A stretch of DNA of 63,515 bases, counting the filler, from Platydemus manokwari (taxonomy: Eukaryota): assembly GCA_037951405.1 (NCBI GenBank). It is 6 parts of 6 records of this genome, joined end to end, with 100 filler letters (N's around TTAATTAATTAA, not from the genome) between each part and the next. Parts side by side here need not be neighbours in the genome. Positions count along the whole stretch, not along the records: positions 54,568 to 63,515 come from JBBMOY011324095.1; 5 more parts are not named here. One strand, 5' to 3'. Both the position numbers and the translations under genes were made by a program. Shown piece after piece: positions 54,468 to 63,515 of the stretch. Positions within the stretch are counted from its first letter, which is position 1. The number at the start of each line of letters is the position of its first letter. The notes under the pieces were generated by a model. It saw only the letters and a program-made list of their open reading frames with translations. It did no database searches and was not told the DNA's origin.

Positions 54468-54567
54468 NNNNNNNNNNNNNNNNNNNNNNNNNNNNNNNNN
54501 NNNNNNNNNNNTTAATTAATTAANNNNNNNNNNNNNNNNNNNNNNNNNNNNNNNNNNNNNNNNNNNN
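54468..54567. other. Artificial contig spacer
   Basis: N44-TTAATTAATTAA-N44. Confidence 0.97.
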
Positions 54568-57500
54568 TGAGGGTGATTATAATATTGACTAAAATATATG
54601 TATATTAATATAAAATTAAGTGTTTTTATTCAATCACAAAATACAATATTATTTTCCGGTACACCTAATATTTATTATATGTATGAAATATCTATTTAAA
54701 ATAACTGATAACGCATCAGTGGCTTCAAATATTTGAGGAATTGCTAAAGTAAACATGATCATCAAATTGGACAAAGCTGTTTAACTTCTCTTCGGTAATC
54801 AATTTCTATGTAGTAATAAGTCTATAAACATAAAATGAATCTATATCAGAATAGAACAATTCAAGAATATGCATTAAAAATAATTTATACAGTAGGAAAG
54901 CCGATTAAAATGTCAAGTCAAGCACAAAACATAGACAAATTTCGGGTATAGTTTGGAGGTTCAAAATTTAGAATATCGTGGGACTCAATACAGCCCTCGC
55001 ATTTAGAGCCAATATTTTTACGCGTGTTGAGTAACTTATTAATTCTAATCTTTTATTAAAAATAAGAATTTGATAGATATTGATTAAATTTGTATTCAAA
55101 TTATCTACCGCTTTCAAAGTTAGTTCTGGCTCATAAGTAGTCTCAAATGGATCCATTATAAAAGACTTCAGAAAATTTTTATTGCGCACAAAACGAAATC
55201 CAATGTCTATTTGAAATATTTAGAAGCTAAAGTAAACTAATTTATTCGAAAATCAGCTAGGAGGAACTAGAATGATTTTAAACATAGTATAAGCTAGTAC
55301 ATTGATATGGAGATAGTTGACTTTCAAATGATATTCATTCAAAATGTTTCTATCAAGATATTATCTCATATTAACATCAGCAAACCATTCAAACTTTTCA
55401 ACTTTTTAGTAATTTCAGCAAATGAACCATCTACACTAGTAAAATATACTTGATCGATTTGTGTGTACAATTTTTCAAATTTGAGGTTCTTATATATTGT
55501 ATTTCAATGCCTTTATCAATTTTAAAAGATGAAAGAATATTTAGATGATTACAAAATTTTATTTTATTTCTTCTGCAAACAAGAGTCATTTTTAGATTTA
55601 AAAATTGAAGACAAATTAATGTGAAATCTATTTAACAATTTGGCGTATCTTTAAATTTAACAATAAAAGATTTTAATAATTTTTAATTATTCGACGCCTT
55701 ACAAACTTTCCTTAGTTTTCAAAATATGTATGCATCTATGTATATATTTATCTATTTCATATTGTTAAAGTATTGTTGGAAACAGTTGAGTAACATAAAG
55801 ATCATCCTACTTTATTGGGGCTGTTCAATTTTTTGTATTTCTAATATACCTTATCTCATCACAACATAAATATATCATTCGTTAACTCCTTATCTCGTCT
55901 GTTATGACTGACGTCTTTCTTTATAACCGTGATCTTGCTTTTCATTCTTACATTTTGTTCCTTTACTTTTAATTATTATAATGCGAGCTGTTCTGAGCTA
56001 CAATAATTAATTTATTTCACATTTTTATCGTTATGTCGAAATCAATTTTATTCTTTTCCTTTATTTCCAATTATTATCCTAATTTTAAATTATTAATAAA
56101 ATCCTAGCGTCCATAACTCACTGATAAAATTTGAAGCAACTGTTCATGGTCAAGAAATTCTTGCATATTTTAATTATGTGCAAAAATATTGCGCAATCAT
56201 ATCTTTCCAAACTGCTTAGGAAAGAAATCCAAATAAAGAAATGGGGGCATAAAAAGGTTAAATAACATATAAAATTGAAAAATGTCTAGTTTCAAGCATT
56301 AAAGGTTTTGAAATAAAACGGGCGTTTGATAATTTTAAAAGAAAAAATGAAAAAATACATTATATGAAAAATATGAAGAAAAATTAAACATTGAATTATA
56401 AACAGTATACATCGGAATTAACTGTATATCGACATAATAAATTGAAGTCGCATTAACTCAAATTAGTACAGGTAAAATGAATCAACCACTTAGTCATATT
56501 AGCAACAACTTTGTCACATTAGACATCAATGAAATTCATTTAAAAGATACGAATCGAATATATCGATTATCGCGAGAAAAATAATCCGTAATAAATAAAT
56601 AATAATTTTTTATATTAAATATAGCCCTTTCTTGAATTCATTTTTTTCAAAATTTATTTTCTAAAATATAATTTCATTTCAATCTCAATTCTAAATTAAT
56701 GTCTTGGAATCTTCATTTTTCATTTATATAACAGAAAATATCGAACAATTGCTAAATATAGCAAATTTTGATTTATAGCATTTTTATTTTGGATTTATAA
56801 TGTTATGATATTTTTGATAACGATATAAAACTTCGAAGATTTTTTAATAATAATGGTCGCAATTAAAATTTATAAATATAATTAATATAAGAATTATAAA
56901 AATTATTTGGTAACAGCACATTTGAAACCGAAATCACTTTTCAAATTATTATAAGATAAATTGATTTATTGTAATTGTCTATAATTAACATAAATTCACT
57001 TTATATTAAAACTCCTTTTGTGATATCAGCCGTGTCATGTAAATTGAAATTTGCTTGTAAATATGAAAACATGTTCTTAATTCCTAAACTCTTTATGCAT
57101 AAAGTTGACGAACTGCAGTGAAAATCATCAGCAATGAGCATAGTGGTACCATTCACTTTTTCTTTTAAAATCTCTTTAATGCAATAAATAATAATTTATT
57201 GACACACTTCCTTTCGAAATTATCAAATAAAAAAATCAAAGAATGATGAAAACAAGATAATTATCGACTTATTCAAAATTTCATGAAAATATCAGACTAG
57301 TATATAATTGAAAAATTACATAATCGATTAGTGTGTAAGAAAAAGATGGCGCATTCTTACGGAGACCTAAGAATGCCTAAAACATAGATTTATATACACA
57401 GACAAGACTAGCACATGCTTTTAAATATATCAATATATAGAAAGAATTAGTTCATTAATCGGTGCAAAAAATAAAATTAGCAAATCCTAGGTGGAATACC

Positions 57501-57769
57501 TTCAAAATCTCTTTTAATGTCATTTTTAATTTTTTCTATTTATAATCATTTTATATTTTAGAAGTAATGATTAAATTATATTATGAATTATTATAGTTAT
57601 TATTATAGTTATTCTTATGTTGCTATTTTGTTGCTATTATGTTGCGACTGTTTTTCATTGTTTAGTATTTTTAATTTTTTACAGCTATACCCTCTTACGA
57701 TGAGTTAACAGTGTTGAATAGAAAAAAGTTTTATCCACTACTTATCATCATTATACATTAACCTTATAA

Positions 57770-57850
57770 TGAGTAAATTTAACGCTGACAAACGTAATCG
57801 TTAGTAATTCTTTTCGAGTGATACAATATTTACTTTTAGTTACTTATATT
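57770..57850 (-). mobile_element. Short gypsy RNase H relic
   Basis: KYCITRKELLTITFVSVKFTHY matches YxxTxKELLAIxxxxxxFxHY. Confidence 0.5.
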
Positions 57851-58129
57851 ATAAATATTATAATGGCTGATTATATTCTAGGTATCATGGTCAGAGTTTG
57901 ATTTAGTGTATTGGCCCAATTCATTGTCCAAGAGAAGACAATTATGAATTTTACGGATAAATAGGAATATAAATCGTATAAATAAATCTTATTGGATTGA
58001 ATTCTTTACAAAATGGTTTATTTTAACTCTACTTTAAAATATAATCAATAAATGAACTAAATTCCACAATTTTAAAATTAATTTCACGTCTATAGACTAT
58101 CAGGGTCAGAAAATCAAAATATAATAAGT

Positions 58130-61050
58130 GACGTGATTAAATAAAGAAACACGTTAAATTTGTTAAGATAATTGATTGGGGGAGTTGTTTAGTTTTTAAA
58201 TAAATATTATGCCTGCAAGTATCTATGATTTATATGCAATAACAAGAAATCAGAAAAAGAAACAGCTATTAGAGAGTCAACCGAAACATGCACAAGAAGA
58301 GCTCAGTTTCAATATTCGTAAGACACTCTTGCAGTAAAGCCAAACATAGATATCATAGAAGTTGAAGGTGATGCAAGTATTCAAAAATCTATTCAATTCG
58401 TAAAGACAGCTATGCCCAAGCTAAAAACTGGAAGACGCAACCATTGAAATAACTATTTTAAAAAAGCAGCGAGTCACGTTATTATAAACCACCACATACT
58501 ATAATAACCAGAAAAGAAGTTCGCTTCAGGTAAAAAGAGGTCAGTTTATTCGATGAAATACATGAAAAATAAGCTTTTCAATAAATTTCAAGGCATGCTA
58601 GACCCAAAAGAAGAAAGCTGGCGTGAATTGTTTCTGCTGCGGACATTACAGAAACCAGTGATTTGCGGACAAAAAGGCTATCATTACAGATCATGTCATT
58701 TAATACGAGGTACCAGACACAGAGTAGAAGGTAGAATTTTATGCAGGACGAAATCGAAGAGCAATTCGATCCAATTGAAGATCCAGTAATGCACGAGGTA
58801 GAAGAAACCTAATAGAGTTGAATCAGAGGACAATAAGAGTATTTTAAATGGAAACACTTGTGAAGAGATGTTTAGGAAGGATAACGCTAAGGTGTGGATT
58901 AAAGTGTTGATCAACGGAGCTGAAATATGGATGTTGTGGGATACTGAGCCCTCTATCACAGTAATGAGTGAGACTATTGGAAGGTAGTATGAAGCCCGAA
59001 ATTGCATTATAGTTTGATTACGTTAGGTGAAGTGCTTTTAACGAATGCCGAATGCCTTCTGAGTTTTTCAGATGTGATTGTAGAGTGGAAAGAAAAGAGA
59101 AGGAAAATTAGAGTTATGATAATAAAAAAAATTTGTCCAGATTTTATTGGATGTGTCAACACGATGAACTAGTTCGGGATTCAGCTGCAAGAGGTGGACA
59201 CAATTGATTCATCTCAATTTAACTACAAATATACAAATGAGGAAAAATTGAAACATGCAAGGGAAACGATCAAAACAAGCAGAATTGGAAGACTCATCAA
59301 AGAATACGGAAAAATATTCACGGCTTCGAAATTGGATCTATGCATAACCAATTTAGTTGTTCACGATATAAAAATTACCGGAAATTTTATTTTTCTGCTT
59401 TTTCGCAGAATTTCAAAGGGCAGCCCATTCCCTTAAAAGCGAAAATTTATTATGTGAAAAAAAACCCGCTCGAAGTAGGAGTAATAATACCATGCACGAA
59501 TGCTTTGAATTTAACTGTTCATAATTGGAAAAAAGTACGGATCTATCTGGATATGTGTGGATTAACAAGACTAAATGGAGTTACAGAAAAATTTTATTTC
59601 CCCATGCCTGACTATTTGGCGGATTCTAAATATTTCTCCTCGAAAGATTAAGGACAGTCTTATTACCAAGTCGAACTACGTCCGGGATCCCTAGATTGAG
59701 CAGATTTTAGCAAAAGAACCGGTCAATATTGTTTCAACAGACTCTCGTTTATACTTTCTACAGCACCAGCAACATTTCAAAAGCTCATGCACAAAAGCTA
59801 ATTATGGATTGATCTTTAAAGGCGTTGTGGTATATTTGCATGATGTGTTAATACACAGAAAACTTAGAAAGAACATAGCGATCTACTAAAAGCCGTGTTT
59901 CGATGAATCAAGAAATATAAAGTTTTGGCTGCTATCATACCGAAAGGTTTTTCCACTCTATTTGTCAAGACTCTACCACATTGGCTCAAAGAAAACCTTC
60001 CTTTATTTGGATGACAGATTTTATTCGCCAGACATTTTCAACATCATCAAAGTGATATTAAAAGAATGTATTATATGTGCAAAGAAAAAGAAATCCAAAA
60101 CTAAGGGGTCTCTGTTTTCTCGGTAGACTCTGAGTTTTAAGAGCAAATCGTGGCGAACATTGCTTAAATGGACACCATACACAGTAGCAAGACGTATCTA
60201 GTAGTGATTATTGGCATATTCAATAAGTTAGTGAGCTTTAATACTTCAAGTAAGAAAGCTAAAGAGCATTCTATTTTATAAGGGGAAACAATTTAGAGGC
60301 ANNNNNNNNNNNNNNNNNNNNNNNNNNNNNNNNNNNNNNNNNNNNNNNNNNNNNNNNNNNNNNNNNNNNNNNNNNNNNNNNNNNNNNNNNNNNNNNNNNN
60401 NAAGTTAGTGAGCTTTAATACTTCAAGTAAGAAAGCTAAAGAGCATTCTATTTTATAAGGGGAAACAATTTAGAGGCAATGTTTTGAGAGAGGCGTGTTC
60501 AAATTTGGATATCTAACAAGGTTTCAGCTCACCATACTAACATCAACCGAACAGGCTAGGAGGAGGTCATCAGCACGGTACGAGATATGATAATGGCTAC
60601 TTTAAAAGGTAAGAGCCCTGTGAAAGATTGGATTGAATTGTTGCCAAGGATAGAGTAATGCATCAACGCTAAACATCAATCAACAAAGAAGTTCTCGCCT
60701 TTCGAGATAATCTACGGGCGGAAGAACAACGGAGCTCGAGATGACATTGCAGCAGCAGCTAGAGAAAATTATAAAGTAGCAGCCTACATAATGTTTCACC
60801 GAGACAGGAGAAGAAGAAAACATGCGCTTTTCAGATAGGAGAGACTTTGCGAGTTTGCGTGGATTCTCATAAGATGAAGAAGAATGAAGAAGAAAGAAAG
60901 ATCAGCACGAAGGCATTTATCAATTTCAAGTTCGGCAGATAAGTGGAGATTCAATTCCATCATGTGATAAAATCTAAATGATTAGAATAGCTTAAACAGT
61001 CAAGCTCCCCTAAGGGGAGGCTAGTTAGGCGATAAAAAGAAACATGTTGT
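58130..61050 (+). mobile_element. Internally deleted, degenerate Ty3/gypsy element (gag zinc knuckle, protease, RT, integrase, PPT)
   Basis: ICGQKGYHYRSC (knuckle); WMLWDTEPSITVMS (protease DTG decayed); RLNGVTEKFYFPMP, YYQVEL, TAPATFQKLM, VVYLHDVLI (RT YxDD decayed); DWIELLPRIE..SPFEIIYGR (integrase); purine tract AAGGGGAGG ~61012-61020. LTR-like start at ~58138 shared with copies A and B. Confidence 0.88.
60302..60401. other. 100-N scaffold gap flanked by a 77-bp exact duplication (60225-60301 = 60402-60478)
   Basis: Identical sequence AAGTTAGTG...TTTAGAGGCA on both sides. Confidence 0.95.
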
Positions 61051-62143
61051 ATTTTAAATCTTAAAAGAGGCAGGATATGGGAATGAACCAAAGGTATTAA
61101 AATATCGTTTAGAAAATACGGCAACGAAAGTAAAAAACTGGTAAATGCATATTAGAGTAATTAAATTTGAAATTAACAAATGTCGAGTATATTTTGAATA
61201 TTGTTGTGTTCATTACAATCCTCGTATTTAAAACCACCTTTTTAATCTCGTTGAGGAAGTTATTATCCCCATTGCAATGCTCAAATTTTCTACTCAAAAT
61301 AAACGAAAAAATCTTGTTTAAAGTTGATAAGAGAGCTTTTTGTCGCCAGTTATTCATACTTTGATACTGGTCATCTTTACCAGGTTTTGAAATGAGGGTT
61401 ACTCTAAACCCTCGCCATTTGTCTGGAAATTTACGTTTCTTGAATGGCGAGTTAGAAGAATACCAAATTGCGAAGAATTCGATTTCAAATAAATTTGCTT
61501 CAATAATTGTATTTGAATTTAATGTCGTTTTGGCACGTTATTTTGAAACTTTTTGAACTTAGAATATACTAAAATTACTGAATACAATTTAATTTCATAA
61601 TTTCAATAATTTTCAATGTCATTTTTGTAGCACAACAAAATGAGCTGAATTTATTTCAAACAAATAGGCTTGCTGATTATAGAGTTGAACAAATTAATTC
61701 ATATGCTGAATATATTATGCCACTTTAACGAGAGATTTCAGAAATATTTGCTCATAACATTTACTTTAGTCTTTCTATGAAATGTTTGCGAAAATGAATA
61801 AGTGGTTCATTTGATTGATTGATTGAAACAAGATAATATTTCAATAAATGCTATACGAAAATATATTTTGGAATTAAATTTGATATTAATGAACACATAT
61901 TTCTGAGATTTATTTTTATTCTCTGCTGTAATAAACAATTAACAGATATAATTAAATAATTTTATTTATTAATCTATCAAAAAACAACTTTGCTTACAAT
62001 TCGCACAACATATAAATGACATGATACATATTAATAATTTTTAATCAATGTCGCTACAAACAAAAAATTATATTTTTACGTACAGAATGAAATAAACATT
62101 TAAATTTTTCTGAACAAATTCAATTCTTCTTGTCCGACAACTT

Positions 62144-63098
62144 TCAAACACATTTTAAATTTGAATTGCAAGACATTCTTTGACACCAATTGAAATCAGT
62201 ATTCTTATCCATACGAGCAATCGTATTTGTTGCACAAAATCCAAATTTCCTCATTAAATTTAGTTGAGTAGGATTCTTTTTGTGCCAATAATTACCAGCG
62301 AACATGATGCTCCAACTTCCAGATTCCAATTTCGCCAACAATCGTTGATCATTTATGTTTGCATTTCGATGGTCCACGTCGTACATCAAAACAAGGTTGT
62401 CCCGATGGAAATTGTTTTGGTATTTCGTGATAACAATGTGACAAGTACTCAAATTTGCACAGGTATCGCGTCAACCACTTGGCGACATTATGATTGAGAT
62501 TTTTGTAAATATAAATATATTTTTTATCGAAGATGTGAGTCATAATGTCATATCTAAAGAATGCTATAGCTCGTCCTTTTTTGTAAATCCCACTCATTAT
62601 AACCGTATGTTTTTCTTGTGAAATTAGAATTGGTTCAATTTGATTTATTTCGATAGCAGCAAAAGTCGAAAATGTATAATAATCATGAATTTTCTTGACA
62701 TTCCTCAGAATATTAAAACGATTTGATGATTGTAAGATCATCAGCTAAATTATAAATTTAATTTTAATAATAATAAAAATGACTATATAATAAACAAGTA
62801 TCTATGTTACCTTATTCCATTCTCTATCGATAACATAGATATCTATTATATTTGGTTCTAAAATGTCATCGCAATGATCAAATATTTCGTATATCAAACA
62901 TCGATTTTCAATAAACACAAATCCAAAACAATTTTTTGTCATGCAAATCACGGCACAATTAAGCATATCTATATCCACGAAGGACTCAGTGAAATCACCA
63001 ACCCATGTCAACTTCTTGAGAAATATATTTGTTTCACATTTTACCGAATAAAATATCAAGACACATGACAGAATGTACAAACTTATTATTCCGGTCAT
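62144..63098 (-). pseudogene. Paralogue of 9665-10627 (signal peptide + PAN/apple + TCAF-N-like); exons 63098-62811 and 62744-62144, frameshift at ~62468
   Basis: Shared blocks NIFxKxxTWVGD, CFGFVF, FDHCDDILExNII, RFNILRNVK, MSGxYKxGRAxAF, AKWLT, SGxWxxxFxGxYW, KFGxC, TDxNWC; intron at the identical position; ACG-C-GAT breaks the frame between KWLT and DTCANLSTC. Confidence 0.8.
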
Positions 63099-63515
63099 CT
63101 TTAAATTTAAGAGTAAATAATTAAAAAATAATGCTTAAAGAGAGAAATTTAACAAGATTTATGAATATTATTGACAAATAGAAATATATATCGTATAAAT
63201 AAATCTTATTGGATTGAATTAATTAGAAAAAGGTTTATTTTAAAATAAAATCAATAAATAAAACCAATTCCAAAATTTTAAATTTAATTTCACGTCTCCT
63301 AGATATTTTATTTGTCTCTTATTTTCGTTATTAAAGTTAAATAAATAATTAATATAAAAATTTCGTAATAATATTTTTGACTAATGAATATGAAAAAGAC
63401 ATAAATATTGTTTCTGAACACCGAACGGCTACAGGAAGTAGAACATATTTGTCAAGATATATTATGAAATGAAACAATAAAAAGAAGCCGCACAAAGAAA
63501 GATAAAACCAAATTT

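Noticed and set aside
54700-57200. Possible minus-strand multi-exon gene with Walker-B-like MLIADDFH
   Set aside because: No P-loop or coherent exon structure found.

Overview
Very AT-rich eukaryotic (metazoan) DNA with short GT-AG introns. It is not one locus: six contigs/scaffolds are joined by artificial N44-TTAATTAATTAA-N44 spacers, and the last one contains a further 100-N gap flanked by a 77-bp exact duplication. Recognisable genes: a MAP3K4/MEKK4-type kinase (3' part), SMG9 (with a 31-bp palindromic minisatellite in its long intron), the last two exons of an Sm20/troponin-C-like EF-hand protein (suggesting a flatworm or other lophotrochozoan; inference), a single-exon three-finger C2H2 factor, a TIR-like ORF and three secreted PAN/apple-domain genes. 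Two of the PAN genes are paralogues with an unusual architecture: signal peptide + PAN/apple + a domain resembling the N-terminal repeat of TCAF/FAM115, with no M60 peptidase. This is the best candidate for an undescribed family. The third is a doubly frameshifted C-type lectin-PAN gene. Much of the rest is decayed Ty3/gypsy, non-LTR and hAT relics, plus one intact hAT MITE with TIRs and a TSD. All homology calls come from motif recognition, not database searches.
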